A stretch of DNA of 64,000 bases from Verrucomicrobiales bacterium (GCA_031411295.1 JANOAV010000189.1:1-64000); one strand, 5' to 3'. Numbered from the stretch's first letter, positions 8,001 to 18,638 are shown. A program made the numbers and translations. Notes: generated from the letters alone by a model not told the origin.

Positions 8001-8082
8001 TTTAGCCATAAAGAACACAAGAAACACAAAAAGGCGAAGAACGAGGGGCTTGCTTTGTGTGTTAGGTGTTCTTTGTGGCCAA
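8001..8082. repeat. Inverted repeat element with AC-rich / GT-rich arms
   Basis: TTAGCCATAAAGAACACAAGAAACACAAA pairs imperfectly with TTTGTGTGTTAGGTGTTCTTTGTGGCCAA. Confidence 0.65.
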
Positions 8083-8245
8083 GTCAGTCGGCGGAACAAT
8101 CACTCCTGGCTGCGGGTGCCGTGGAAATCTGTGATCCGGTGGTGGGGAAGATGGTTGATCATCTTGGCAAAACACAGCGCATTGGTCCCCTGCAATTTTT
8201 GCGACCTTTGGATGTTAAGGCGTTGCTCTCTGACGGATTGAATCT

Positions 8246-10993
8246 ATGCTGCCGCTTAACTCCCCCACCCCATCACTCGTCGTGCGCCATCACTGGAAGA
8301 CCATCCGATTATTTCTCACTATCGCCCTATTCATCGGTGGCGTTTGGGGAGCGGTGGTGGCTTACGATCAGGGATTTACTAATAAATGGAAGAACTACAT
8401 CATCAAGGAGTTGGAGAAGCAGGGCGTGGCGGCCCGGATTGGGCGGCTGACGATTGATCCCGTCAACGGCCTGACGGCGCGCGATGTTAGTTTGTTTGAC
8501 ATCACCAATCGCAATCGACAACTCGCCAGTATTAGCAACATCAGTCTGGATGTGGATTTGGGCAAGATCTTGGATGGGGAGGATTTTCTCCGCACGGTGG
8601 ACTTGCGCCACGCCTCCTTAAGCCTGCCAGTCGATCCTGACGTCCCCAGCGGACCAGCCGTGGAAATTAGCCACCTGAATGCCCGCCTGCACTTTGCGGG
8701 AAACCGGGTGGACATTACCAACGCGGAGGGGACCATCTCGGGCATCAGTGTGCTCGTGCGTGGCAGTATCGACCTGCCGACACCTCCCACCGGCAACAAG
8801 GAGGAGATGGATCGCCTGAAAAAGGAACGAGCCCGGCAGTTGGCGGAGATCAAGCAGCGAAGAGGATTACTGAAGACGCTGCTGGAGTTCCTGGCAAAAT
8901 TCACGACCACCAAGGCTCAAAAGGCCACATTGAAAATTGACTTGAATGGCCCGCTCTCGGACCTGAGCCGGTTGCATGCAGGCGTGAAGCTTGAAGCCCA
9001 TCATTTGCAGTGTGGGCGGTTCAATTTGGAGTCGCTGAGCGCGGAAGCGGAATTGACCGGAGGGGTCGTCTCCATGCGACACTTGGAGCTTACGGATAAG
9101 GGTGGCAAACTCGCAGGGCAGGCATTCTGGAACATGGCCGACGGGCGGGCGATCGATTTCTGGGTTGACTCCACGGTGGACTTGCACGCGCTCATGAAAG
9201 GTCTGGTGGATGCGAAGGCGCTGGGGGAAGTCGTCTTTTACCAACCGCCCCACGTCCGCGCGGACGGCAAGATTCTGCTGCCGGAAACGCTGACCAATCC
9301 CAAGGCCAAGCCGAAGCCAGCCACGCAAGATGCCGAATGGAGCCTGCCGCTTGACGTGGTGGCCCGGGTGGACTGCCACAAATTCACCTCCCACGGCGTC
9401 ATCTTCGACGGCCTGCATGGTGATTTTGCCGTAAAGGAGTCGGAATTCTACGCCCGCAATTTACAGATTGAACATGAAAGCGGGACCGCCAGTGGCCAAA
9501 TCATGCGCACCAAGCAAGGCGGGCTGAAGTATCATCTGAAGTGGAACGCGAGCCTGCAGGCAGCGTTGCCATTTGTGGAATCGGAAGCGGTCCAACAAGC
9601 CCTCTCCGCTTTTGAGTTCACGAAAAGCTCACATGTTAGCATCGAAGCCTTGGGTGCCGGGGCGGACTTGAATCCCTCGACTTGGACCGGAAGCGTGGTG
9701 GCGGATCTGCGGAACTTCACTTTCAGGGAGGTGGCGGTGAAGAGCGTCACGGGCGACATCACTCTGGCCGACGGCAAATGCATTGCGCGGAACGTCGTGA
9801 TGCAGCGACCAGATGGCGCGGTGCATGCCACGCAAGTCAATTTCCTCCCGAACGAATCCATGCTCGAACTGATTGGCGTGACCTGCACGACCCAACCGCT
9901 GCCGCTGGCGCAGATGTTCGCCCCCATGATCGTCAAACAGGTTGAACCTTACGTCTTCAGTGCTCCGCCCACACTTTTGGTAGAAGGTAAAATAGGACTG
10001 CTCCTCTCGCTGGCCTCCCAATCCGATCTGAGGGTGAAGATCCTCGCACCGGATCAAAAGATCAATGTGTCCGTGGCTGGAGCCAAGTATCAACTGACTG
10101 GCGCCAAGGGGGCTCTGCACTGGGTGGAGGACGCCATTCTGCTGGACCTAACTGGCAAAGGAGCACCCGGCATGAGTCACAGCGGAGTATCCTGCGCCCG
10201 GGAAACGGACGTGGAATTTCATGGGCAATTCGGGGTGGGAAAAAAGCTCGGCTCCTTACTGAATTGGAACTTGGTCGCGAAGTGTGCCGACGATGTCAGC
10301 ATTGCGATTGCAGGGAAAGCCATCCCCGCGCAAAGCCTGATCGCAACCGTGGAAGCTGAGCAAGGCAAACTAAAGATCGAGGGCACCGCCCGCGTCTATG
10401 GCGGAGGACTAACGGCAAATTTCGTCTTTCCGGACGTGAACAAAGATATCCCTTATAATGCCAACGTGCAGGTGGATCGGATTAGCTATGCCAAGCTGGC
10501 CAAACTTTTCGATCCCGCCAAGGACACCGTGGGTGAACTGAGTGGATTTCTCAATTTCACCGGCCAGGGCAGCAACACCTCCAATATCAAGGGCACTGGA
10601 CGCATCGTGATCAATGATGGGGACGTGTTCGCCATCCCCCTCCTGGGTCCGCTCTCCAAACTTTTCTCGACCATTCTACCCGTGGGAAAACTAATCTACA
10701 GCGTCGCCCGGGAAGCCACGGCGGATATCAAGGTGGAAAATGGCACCGCCATGACCGAAAAATTCGAAGCGCAGACCAGCACCTTCAAATTGCTGGTTAA
10801 CGGCATCGTGGACTACGCCAAGGACCGGGTGGATCTCAACGCCCGGATGAACCTGCGGGGAGCACCTGGCGTGTTGCTCTTTCCCGTGAGTAAACTCTTC
10901 GAATATGAGGCCCAGGGCTCGATGGGCGAGCCAAGTTGGCGGCCCAAGTATCTGGGCTTGCCGTTCGGGAATGACAAGCCAGCGCCACGCTAG
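8246..10993 (+). CDS. AsmA-like family protein
   Basis: 915 aa; N-terminal TM helix, long beta-rich body and C-terminal 'IKGTGRIVINDGDVFAIPLLGPLS...KLFEYEAQGSMGEPSW' AsmA_2-like region. Confidence 0.75.
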   Translation: MLPLNSPTPSLVVRHHWKTIRLFLTIALFIGGVWGAVVAYDQGFTNKWKNYIIKELEKQGVAARIGRLTIDPVNGLTARDVSLFDITNRNRQLASISNISLDVDLGKILDGEDFLRTVDLRHASLSLPVDPDVPSGPAVEISHLNARLHFAGNRVDITNAEGTISGISVLVRGSIDLPTPPTGNKEEMDRLKKERARQLAEIKQRRGLLKTLLEFLAKFTTTKAQKATLKIDLNGPLSDLSRLHAGVKLEAHHLQCGRFNLESLSAEAELTGGVVSMRHLELTDKGGKLAGQAFWNMADGRAIDFWVDSTVDLHALMKGLVDAKALGEVVFYQPPHVRADGKILLPETLTNPKAKPKPATQDAEWSLPLDVVARVDCHKFTSHGVIFDGLHGDFAVKESEFYARNLQIEHESGTASGQIMRTKQGGLKYHLKWNASLQAALPFVESEAVQQALSAFEFTKSSHVSIEALGAGADLNPSTWTGSVVADLRNFTFREVAVKSVTGDITLADGKCIARNVVMQRPDGAVHATQVNFLPNESMLELIGVTCTTQPLPLAQMFAPMIVKQVEPYVFSAPPTLLVEGKIGLLLSLASQSDLRVKILAPDQKINVSVAGAKYQLTGAKGALHWVEDAILLDLTGKGAPGMSHSGVSCARETDVEFHGQFGVGKKLGSLLNWNLVAKCADDVSIAIAGKAIPAQSLIATVEAEQGKLKIEGTARVYGGGLTANFVFPDVNKDIPYNANVQVDRISYAKLAKLFDPAKDTVGELSGFLNFTGQGSNTSNIKGTGRIVINDGDVFAIPLLGPLSKLFSTILPVGKLIYSVAREATADIKVENGTAMTEKFEAQTSTFKLLVNGIVDYAKDRVDLNARMNLRGAPGVLLFPVSKLFEYEAQGSMGEPSWRPKYLGLPFGNDKPAPR

Positions 10994-11019
10994 CCCATTT
11001 TTAGCCCAATTGCCTTCGG

Positions 11020-12102
11020 ATGATTCAACCATACATTCTCGGTGCCCTCGCAGTAATTTCCTATGCGGCTTGCATGCTGGTCAATCCTGCCTCCGCCAGT
11101 TTCCGTGCAGGTTGGAAATTTGCCCGCGCCTGGCCCTGGACCTGGGTCGTGTTGGGATTGGTGGGTGCCCACCATAGTTGGTGGTTGGAACGGAAGGAGC
11201 CCTTGTGGTTCGGATGGCCGCATGATTTCTCACCGGCATTTGCGAGTGAGTTAACGGTGTCAGTGGCCACGCAGGCGGGCAATTCCGTAGCCGCAACGCT
11301 GGCACTGCCGCTGGTGGCAGAACCTCTCAGCGTGGTCCTGGCCTTGGCGGTGTTCCTGAATTTAAGCGACCTGGGCCTGGCCCTGAATCGTGGTTGTAAA
11401 ACGGCACTCCCGCATGGAGGCATCGCCCTCTGGCGCATCCTCATTCTCTGCGCCATGGCTAATGTGGGCTGGCTGGCGTGCTTGATTGGTGGCTGGTTGC
11501 CGGAGTCCCACTGGGGATTGAGAACCCTGCACGTGCTGGGGTTGCCTTGGAGTGGTGCCACGGTGGCCTTTGGCTTGGCATGGTTAGTGCGCTTGGCAGA
11601 AACACACCTTCAGGCCCCTGAGGAGATTTTGCAGATCCAATGGCCCGGCAGTGCCGCCGGCCGCATCCCTCGACTGTGGCCCATCGCGCTGGGCGCAGCC
11701 CTGGCGCAAGGCTGGCAGGAGTGGGCACCAGTGGTAAATTTTCAAGTCGGATGGAGCTTGCGCATCCTGGGTTGGATCGCAGCCACCGCCGCAGCCTTTC
11801 TCCCGTTGCTGCTGGTCCACTGGCGGGGAGATTGGAACTGGCGGACCCCGTTCACTCTGGCAGCGCAACGATGGCGGTTGCACTGGCCAAGATTGCTCAC
11901 TTGGGTGGCAGTCGCCTACACCCACTTTTTCATGCTGCATCTGGCGCACCAAGGGGTTGCGTCCGGGCTGCCGGTCGCGAGCGTTTGGCGATTGGGATGG
12001 GACACGCTGTGTGCTCTGCTGCACGCTGCGCTGCTGGTTTGGTTGCTCGTCGCTTGGCTTGCGCAGCAGCCAAAGTTTCGGGAAGAGGAGTTCATGAAAT
12101 GA
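11020..12102 (+). CDS. Polytopic Trp-rich membrane hypothetical protein
   Basis: 360 aa with many hydrophobic segments; co-oriented 26 nt after the AsmA-like gene. Confidence 0.7.
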   Translation: MIQPYILGALAVISYAACMLVNPASASFRAGWKFARAWPWTWVVLGLVGAHHSWWLERKEPLWFGWPHDFSPAFASELTVSVATQAGNSVAATLALPLVAEPLSVVLALAVFLNLSDLGLALNRGCKTALPHGGIALWRILILCAMANVGWLACLIGGWLPESHWGLRTLHVLGLPWSGATVAFGLAWLVRLAETHLQAPEEILQIQWPGSAAGRIPRLWPIALGAALAQGWQEWAPVVNFQVGWSLRILGWIAATAAAFLPLLLVHWRGDWNWRTPFTLAAQRWRLHWPRLLTWVAVAYTHFFMLHLAHQGVASGLPVASVWRLGWDTLCALLHAALLVWLLVAWLAQQPKFREEEFMK

Positions 12103-12117
12103 TGCTCTCCCACCGCC

Positions 12118-13017
12118 TCACTCCCACAAGCACCCTTGTTTCTTCCAATCCTGCATCAATTCCCGCAAGCGCTCCACAGGTGGACTGGCCGCATCCTCAT
12201 GCCAAACTAGCACTAACGGCACCGTCTGCGCTGGCGTGAGCGGCACAAATCGCAAGGGTGAAGGTTGGCTGATAATGGAATCGGTCACAATCCCGATTCC
12301 CGCCCCGGCCTGAGTATACGTTAGCACGGTGCCAATCACGCTCGGAGTGTGGGCCAGCTTGGGCATAAACCCAGCTTGGCGACAAGCCATGAGCACGGTG
12401 TCATGCAGGCTGGCGCCCTCCCGTCTGGCCAACACCACCAAAGGTTGATCCTCCAACTGTTTCCAACTCACGGTCTTGCGCCCAGCCCATGGATGCGTCA
12501 GCGGCACGGCCACGCCCAGCCGTTCCTGGCGCAGGAGCAAGGTTCGCAGGCCCAGGTCCTGCGGACTGGGAACCGGCCGGGTGAGGGCCGCACTGAGCCG
12601 ACCCCGAGCCACCATCTCCCAAAGCCGTTCCGGCGTGCGCTCTTCCAAATGCACCGCTACCATGGGGTAGTGCTGCCGATACGCTTGCAGCAACCGCCCC
12701 AGAAAAGGAGCCGTCGGAGGGCCCACATACCCCAAGCGCAGTTCTCCTTCCTCTCCGCTCGCGACCCGCTTGACCCGTAGTTGCGCATCCCTCCACGCCT
12801 CCAACAAATTCCCTGCTTCCCGCAACAGCACTTCCCCCGCCGGGGTCAACTTCACCCGATGCTTCGTGCGTTCCAAGACCATGGCGCCCAGCTCAGACTC
12901 AATTTCCTGCACCGCTCGGCTCAAGGCCGGCTGCGCCACGTGCAGGCGCACAGCCGCTCGAGAATAATTCAATTCCTCGGCTACCGCCTGAAAATAACGT
13001 AAGTGTCGGAGGTCCAT
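12118..13017 (-). CDS. LysR family transcriptional regulator
   Basis: MDLRHLRYFQAVAEELNYSRAAVRLHVAQPALSR HTH followed by a LysR substrate-binding domain. Confidence 0.95.
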   Translation of the reverse strand: MDLRHLRYFQAVAEELNYSRAAVRLHVAQPALSRAVQEIESELGAMVLERTKHRVKLTPAGEVLLREAGNLLEAWRDAQLRVKRVASGEEGELRLGYVGPPTAPFLGRLLQAYRQHYPMVAVHLEERTPERLWEMVARGRLSAALTRPVPSPQDLGLRTLLLRQERLGVAVPLTHPWAGRKTVSWKQLEDQPLVVLARREGASLHDTVLMACRQAGFMPKLAHTPSVIGTVLTYTQAGAGIGIVTDSIISQPSPLRFVPLTPAQTVPLVLVWHEDAASPPVERLRELMQDWKKQGCLWE

Positions 13018-13033
13018 AAGTAGAAGCGGCCGT

Positions 13034-13050
13034 CATGCTGAATCGGCATG
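13034..13050. promoter_or_regulatory. LysR recognition site (T-N11-A dyad)
   Basis: CATGC-N7-GCATG dyad in the divergent intergenic region, followed by ATA-N9-TAT. Confidence 0.6.
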
Positions 13051-13108
13051 GCCAATATAAGCACATTCTATTTCCGTTACCACCAAAACATGCGATCTAC
13101 CGTATCCT

Positions 13109-14374
13109 ATGACCGAAGTCCAGCTTGCCATCCAGTTATTCATTCAAATCGCCATCATCCTTACCGCCTGCCAATTGGCGGGCATGGTCGGGAAGCGGTT
13201 GGGGCAACCGCAGGTGGTTTCGGAAATGATCGCAGGAGTGCTGCTGGGGCCATCTTTTCTGAGTTTGTTCTGGCCGGAGATCGGGCAGAAACTTTTCCCA
13301 GCCGAATCGCTCAAAGTGCTCTTTCCGATTTCTCAGCTGGGATTGGCCACTTATATGTTTGTCGTCGGATTAGAGTTTCGGATGGATATCGTCACGAAGC
13401 GACTCCACAGTGCCGTGGCCGTCTCTGCTGCGGGGATGATTGCCCCGTTTGTGCTGGGGGCCGGGTTGGCTTGGTATTTCTTCCATCACACGGCTTTGTT
13501 TCCAGAGCGCACCAGTCTTCATGAAGCGATGATTTTTTTGGGAGCCTCCATGTGCATTACGGCCTTTCCGATGCTGGCCCGGATCATTGTGTTCAAGAAA
13601 TTATCGGGCACCACCATGGGCACGGTCGCGATTGGGGCGGGAGCCATTGATGATGCCGCGGCTTGGTGTTTACTGGCAATCGTGCTGGCCAGCTTTGACG
13701 GTAACTGGGATACCGCCATTTGGAATATCGGTGGCGGGATAGGTTATGTAGCCCTGACGTTGCTGGTGATTCGCCCACTCCTCGCCCGCTGGGGTCAAGG
13801 CATGGAAGCGCGCGGAGTCGTTTCCGATCGGGAATTTGTCGTCTGCCTTATTTGCATGGCGGTGGGGGCCTGGTGGACCGACTTGATTCACCTGCACGCA
13901 GTGTTTGGCGCTTTCGTCATGGGCATCGCCATGCCACGCGGAATTATTACGAAGACCCTGATTGAACGGATTCAACCACTAACGGTGGCGCTGCTCCTGC
14001 CGCTGTTCTTTACCTTCTCCGGCTTAAAAACGCAGATTGGATTGCTCGATTCGGCCTACTTATGGGGCATGGCGGGACTCGTCCTGTTTGCCGCCGTGTT
14101 TGGCAAGGGAGTTGCCTGCTGGGCCGCCGCGCGAGCCACGGGACTGCCGAACCGGGAGGCGATGGGAATTGGCGTGCTGATGAACGCGCGCGGATTGATG
14201 GAACTTATCATTATCAACATCGGCCTGCAACGCGGGGTCATTTCCAAGGCGTTATTTGCAACCCTGGTTATCATGGCAGTCGTTACTACGCTAATGGCAT
14301 CACCCATTTTTGAATATCTCGTTGGTCGCCACCGGCCCAAGGATGCGCCTGATTTAGCAGACAAACCCACTTAA
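13109..14374 (+). CDS. Cation:proton antiporter (CPA2 / Na+/H+ exchanger family)
   Basis: GQPQVVSEMIAGVLLGPS, ITAFPMLARI, GAIDDAAAW and LMNARGLMELI motifs; about 12 TM segments. Confidence 0.9.
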   Translation: MTEVQLAIQLFIQIAIILTACQLAGMVGKRLGQPQVVSEMIAGVLLGPSFLSLFWPEIGQKLFPAESLKVLFPISQLGLATYMFVVGLEFRMDIVTKRLHSAVAVSAAGMIAPFVLGAGLAWYFFHHTALFPERTSLHEAMIFLGASMCITAFPMLARIIVFKKLSGTTMGTVAIGAGAIDDAAAWCLLAIVLASFDGNWDTAIWNIGGGIGYVALTLLVIRPLLARWGQGMEARGVVSDREFVVCLICMAVGAWWTDLIHLHAVFGAFVMGIAMPRGIITKTLIERIQPLTVALLLPLFFTFSGLKTQIGLLDSAYLWGMAGLVLFAAVFGKGVACWAAARATGLPNREAMGIGVLMNARGLMELIIINIGLQRGVISKALFATLVIMAVVTTLMASPIFEYLVGRHRPKDAPDLADKPT

Positions 14375-14376
14375 AT

Positions 14377-15642
14377 ATGAACTCAACTAGCAACGACGTT
14401 TACGACGCAATCATCATCGGCGGAGGTCCTGCGGGGGCGTCCACCGGAGCCATCCTGGCCGAGTATGGCCACCGTGCGCTCATTCTGGAGCGGGCGAAAT
14501 TTCCCCGCTACCACATCGGAGAGTCGCTGATTCCCTTCACGTTCCAACCACTCGATCGACTGGGACTGATTGAGCACATGCGGAAATCCCATTTTGTGAA
14601 GAAACACAGCGTCACCTTCGTGCAGCCAGACGGTCACCGTTCGCAACCATTCTATTTCCACACCCGCTACGACAAAGACACCGTGGCCCAGACTTGGCAG
14701 GTCCTGCGCGCTGAGTTCGATGAAATCCTGCTCAACCGCGCCCGTGCGCTGGGAGCGGAAGTGCGGGAAGAGACCAAGGTCTTGAATCTGCTTAAGGAGG
14801 GAGACACCGTCATCGGCGTGCAAGCACAGGGGCCGGATGGCACCAAATATGAACTGCACGGCAAGATTGTCGTGGATGCGACCGGGAAGGACGCTTTCGC
14901 CTCCAATCGCGAAGGCTGGCGGCGGCCTGATCCTTACCTCAATAAAGTAGCCGTCTGGACTTACTACAAAGGATCCAAGAGGCAGGAAGGGATCGATGAA
15001 GGCGGCACCACGGTGGCTTTTGTGCCGGAGAAAGGCTGGTTCTGGCATATTCCACAACACGACGACATGGTTAGTGTGGGCGTGGTCGCTGAGGGGAAAT
15101 ATCTGACCCGGGATGGCGTGAAGGATCCCCAAGCAATCTTCGAGCGCGAAGTTGGGCAAAACGAATGGATCAAGGATCGACTGAGTGAAGGCCAGTGTCA
15201 GGGTGAATATTGGGTGACCAGCGAATACTCCCGCCATTCACTTTATTGCTCCGCGCCTGGATTACTGCTGGTAGGAGATGCGCTGGTTTTCCTGGATCCG
15301 GTCTTCAGCAGTGGCGTGCTGCTAGCCCTGAAGAGCGGCGTGCTCGCAGCGGATGCCATCCACGCCGGCTTGCAGTCGAATGATCTGGGACCAGAATGCT
15401 TCGCTGACTACGGAGCCGCCATCCGCATGGGCGTGGAGAATATGCGCAAACTGGTGTATGCTTTCTACGAACCTAACTTTTCCTTCAAGGAGGTGGTCAT
15501 GCGTTACCCGGAAGCTGGAGCATCCATCACGGATTGTTTATCGGGCGACATCAATAAGGACTTCGGCCCGCTCTGGGCGCAGATTCGGGAATTCGTGCCG
15601 CTGCCGGACGACTTGCCCTACTGCGTGCCTAAAACCACCTAA
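14377..15642 (+). CDS. Flavin-dependent halogenase-like oxidoreductase
   Basis: GGGPAG FAD motif, FPRYHIGESL, WFWHIP (WxWxIP halogenase motif) and GDALVFLDPVFSSG. Confidence 0.8.
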   Translation: MNSTSNDVYDAIIIGGGPAGASTGAILAEYGHRALILERAKFPRYHIGESLIPFTFQPLDRLGLIEHMRKSHFVKKHSVTFVQPDGHRSQPFYFHTRYDKDTVAQTWQVLRAEFDEILLNRARALGAEVREETKVLNLLKEGDTVIGVQAQGPDGTKYELHGKIVVDATGKDAFASNREGWRRPDPYLNKVAVWTYYKGSKRQEGIDEGGTTVAFVPEKGWFWHIPQHDDMVSVGVVAEGKYLTRDGVKDPQAIFEREVGQNEWIKDRLSEGQCQGEYWVTSEYSRHSLYCSAPGLLLVGDALVFLDPVFSSGVLLALKSGVLAADAIHAGLQSNDLGPECFADYGAAIRMGVENMRKLVYAFYEPNFSFKEVVMRYPEAGASITDCLSGDINKDFGPLWAQIREFVPLPDDLPYCVPKTT

Positions 15643-15667
15643 ACCGGATCTGCTCAAGCAACACGAA

Positions 15668-15695
15668 AGCGGCATTTGCTTGCGCAAATGCCGCT
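15668..15695. terminator. Probable bidirectional terminator hairpin
   Basis: AGCGGCATTTGC-TTGC-GCAAATGCCGCT, a perfect 12-bp stem between convergent genes. Confidence 0.7.
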
Positions 15696-15715
15696 ATCAT
15701 TTTTGGGGGCGCGAC

Positions 15716-17206
15716 TCAGGGAACAATTTTTGCCCGATAAAACTTCTCTGTTCCGTCCCTAAAATCTGTCGCACTCATGGCCGCCCCGGTGCCAAGCATG
15801 GGAGTGCCTATGTTGTCCCAAGCCGAAAGATTCGTGGAGGATTGGAATTGATAGTTGGTGCCCCCGACGGTGTTCCAAGTGACTTGATAGGCATCCCCGG
15901 CACTGGCAGGAAGGATGTTAGTAACATCTGGTCCGACGGGACCGGTCGTGAGTGCCACATCATCAATTAAGGTGACCCAGTTCCAAGCGTTGGCCGCGCC
16001 CATGGCTTGAATCCAACCGATGGTCAGCTTCGTCGCGCCCGCTGGTGGCGTCACCGTCGTGGAGACTTTGGTCCAATTAGCCCCAATGGTAGCGAAGGAC
16101 ACGAAGCTCGGAGCACCCACCACTCCATTGGCGTCGTTATAGAAAAATATGTTATATTGTGGATTGGCTCCGCCGACTTTCACCGGATGAGCCGCGTAGA
16201 ACGACATGTCGTAGGTTGTCCCAGCTTCCACCGCAAAGGGGACGCAACGCACGTCGGTGTTGGGAGCCGCCACCGGACCGGTGGCCGGAGTGGTCGATTC
16301 AATCTTGAGCATCGTGTTACCGCCATGAGGCAGGATGGTCCCATAGGAGGTTGCCACCGCCATGCTCGCCCCGGCGTTGGGTTGCACGGCAATGGCCCAG
16401 TTGGCGGCTCCGACAGAGTTGGCTGCGGCTTCTTCAAACCCTGGATTGGGCAGGGTGTTGGAGGCGCTGCCTGGAGTGACTTCCACTACCTGATAGAATG
16501 GCGAAGGAGTTTCGTCCAAACGGGATAAGGCGGCGGAACCAATGATGATTGGTCCCAGATTCACCCAGTTAGTCTCGTTCAACGATTCCTGCGGCTGATA
16601 CGTGTGCCCATTTGAACCCACCCAATTTACCAAGGTGCCCGCTTTGATCGTGGCCACAAAGGGATCCAATTCCTTGATGCGGATGTTATCGTAGGCCACG
16701 GAAGAATTCGCGCCCCAGAGCGGGACGATCTTAACCCCATCGGTGCCCGGCTTGATGGTGACGGGAAAGGAATAGGTGGCCCAAGCGCTGGAACCACTCG
16801 CGGGAAACACGTCCCCAGTGGTTCCAATGTTAGTATTTCCAGTGAAGAAATCTACTTTGAATCCGCCGATTTTGGTTCCGGCCAGAAGTTTCATGTCCTG
16901 AAGGAAAGTATAAGACTTGCCAGCTTCAATTTTAAGATCAGTTAGGGGAACAGGATTTCCATTATTGGCCACCCAGATACCAAAGCCGCCGCCGCCAGTA
17001 TTGTCGATGACACCGTAACCACCAGGATTGCCTCCCGTGGCCGGATAACTGTAAACATAGGATCCGCTGCTGACCGGGAGCCAGGAACCCGCAGCTCCTG
17101 CGGGCGATTCAAAATCGCCATTGGGAATGGTTCCAAAACCAGCCAGAGCATTGATGGAGCAACTGAGGGAGAGGCTCAGCGCAAGAAGTGGAAAGGGTAT
17201 TTTCAT
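15716..17206 (-). CDS. Secreted protein with two CBM_4_9-like carbohydrate-binding domains
   Basis: Signal peptide MKIPFPLLALSL...; two 'NG[D/G]FE ... [Y/I]D[N/D]' jelly-roll domains; tail YQFQSSTNLSAW...FYR. Confidence 0.7.
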   Translation of the reverse strand: MKIPFPLLALSLSLSCSINALAGFGTIPNGDFESPAGAAGSWLPVSSGSYVYSYPATGGNPGGYGVIDNTGGGGFGIWVANNGNPVPLTDLKIEAGKSYTFLQDMKLLAGTKIGGFKVDFFTGNTNIGTTGDVFPASGSSAWATYSFPVTIKPGTDGVKIVPLWGANSSVAYDNIRIKELDPFVATIKAGTLVNWVGSNGHTYQPQESLNETNWVNLGPIIIGSAALSRLDETPSPFYQVVEVTPGSASNTLPNPGFEEAAANSVGAANWAIAVQPNAGASMAVATSYGTILPHGGNTMLKIESTTPATGPVAAPNTDVRCVPFAVEAGTTYDMSFYAAHPVKVGGANPQYNIFFYNDANGVVGAPSFVSFATIGANWTKVSTTVTPPAGATKLTIGWIQAMGAANAWNWVTLIDDVALTTGPVGPDVTNILPASAGDAYQVTWNTVGGTNYQFQSSTNLSAWDNIGTPMLGTGAAMSATDFRDGTEKFYRAKIVP

Positions 17207-17464
17207 GAGATTAAGTGAGAGACTAGATGGGTTACCTATCAGGGAGATGGAGCAGTGCGATTCGCCTTGGCGGGGAGTCGATATTCCGACAGCGCCCCGG
17301 TTATAGCGATTTTTGCAATCCGTGGCAAGATATTTTTTGCATAAATTTGCATTGTCTGATTTGGGCCGTTTGCGTTGCGGCAATTGAATGATCCACCAAG
17401 TTCATTTGGGCCTTGCGGATCAATCGGACCAACGCATCCTGCAAATGTCCGCCCCCAAACCAAC

Positions 17465-18532
17465 ATGTCCGCAATCAACCAGCAGCTTATCGCAGAGAGA
17501 TTACAAATCTCGGTTGCCACCGTGTCGCGGTGTTTCACCAGTCACCCAGGGATCAATCCGCTCACGAGAGCAAAGGTGTTTCAACTGGCGGCCGAGTTGG
17601 GCTACACGCATCAGGAAATGCGCACGGGGCGGACTGCCAAGCGGGCGTCTGCCAAAGCAAAGTCGAAGCTCACGTTTGGCGTGCTAGTGTGCTCCGAAGA
17701 GGAAGAGTATTATCGCAAGGACTATCAGAATCCGAGCGAACAGATCCTGGCTGGCGTGGCGGAATGCGCCCAGGTAAACCATCTTAAGTTGGAGGTTCAT
17801 TTGGTCGATCCCAAGGCCGTCGCCCTGGAAGACCCCAGTTACTTGAAAATCGAGAAATTACGTCGCAAATGGAGCGGGGTGCTCCTGATCTATCCATTTC
17901 CTGCGCCCGTCCTGGACGAGTTAGCGATCAGGATGCCGCTGGTGTCATTAGTTGAGCAATATGGCCACACGGGTCTCGATTGCGTGGACGTGGACCACGA
18001 CAAGGGCATCTCAGCCGCCATTGAACATCTGCGGGAACATGGCCATCGTCGCATCGGCTTTTTTACGCGAAGCTATCCGGTGGAAGCCAGTTGGTCGTTC
18101 CGACGCTATGCGGCGTTCATCGAGAAAATGGCCCGCCTGCGCTTACCGGTTTCAGCCAAGGATATCGTCAACATGTTTCCGTCTCGCGGGTTCACCGATG
18201 CGGAAAGTTTGGATTACGTGGCGGAACGAACCAGGGCCGGAGTTACGGCCTGGGTGTGTGCCGCAGATCACCAAGCCTACGAACTGGTCCGAGGCTTGAA
18301 GGAACGCGGCTTGGAAACTCCTCGCCACGTCTCTGTCACCGGATTCGACGGGATCACCGCCCCCAAAGGCAGTCCACGCCTCAGCACCATCGAGATCCCC
18401 TTCCGGGAGATCGGAGCTACGGGCACGCTCCGTTTAATTGAGCGCGTTAGGAAGCATTTTGGTTCTACGCAGCACGTCTTTATCGATGGCCGCCTGCGTC
18501 CAGGGGCCACGGTGGGCATGGTCCCTCGGTGA
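17465..18532 (+). CDS. LacI family transcriptional regulator
   Basis: IAERLQISVATVSR HTH; HLREHGHRRIGF; VSVTGFD...LSTI. Confidence 0.9.
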   Translation: MSAINQQLIAERLQISVATVSRCFTSHPGINPLTRAKVFQLAAELGYTHQEMRTGRTAKRASAKAKSKLTFGVLVCSEEEEYYRKDYQNPSEQILAGVAECAQVNHLKLEVHLVDPKAVALEDPSYLKIEKLRRKWSGVLLIYPFPAPVLDELAIRMPLVSLVEQYGHTGLDCVDVDHDKGISAAIEHLREHGHRRIGFFTRSYPVEASWSFRRYAAFIEKMARLRLPVSAKDIVNMFPSRGFTDAESLDYVAERTRAGVTAWVCAADHQAYELVRGLKERGLETPRHVSVTGFDGITAPKGSPRLSTIEIPFREIGATGTLRLIERVRKHFGSTQHVFIDGRLRPGATVGMVPR

Positions 18533-18573
18533 ACGACTGAGACCATTTCCATTTAAAAATGAGTGAATTTAAA

Positions 18574-18638
18574 AGAATGTGGATCAGCCCGCTGGGCTGA
18601 TCTAAATGAGCAGCCCAGCGGACTGCTCCACATTCTAC
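18574..18638. repeat. Inverted pair of GTGG-type REP units (REPIN-like), possibly also a terminator
   Basis: AGAATGTGGATCAGCCCGCTGGGCTGATC on + and AGAATGTGGAGCAGTCCGCTGGGCTGCTC on -; each is GTGG plus a hairpin. Confidence 0.7.

Noticed and set aside
7676..8241. Integron integrase or its remnant upstream of the attI-like site
   Set aside because: None of the short ORFs shows tyrosine-recombinase R/HxxR/Y motifs.
17313..17328. LacI operator TTGCAATCCGTGGCAA
   Set aside because: It is well positioned but only an imperfect dyad, without the centred CG; too weak to call.
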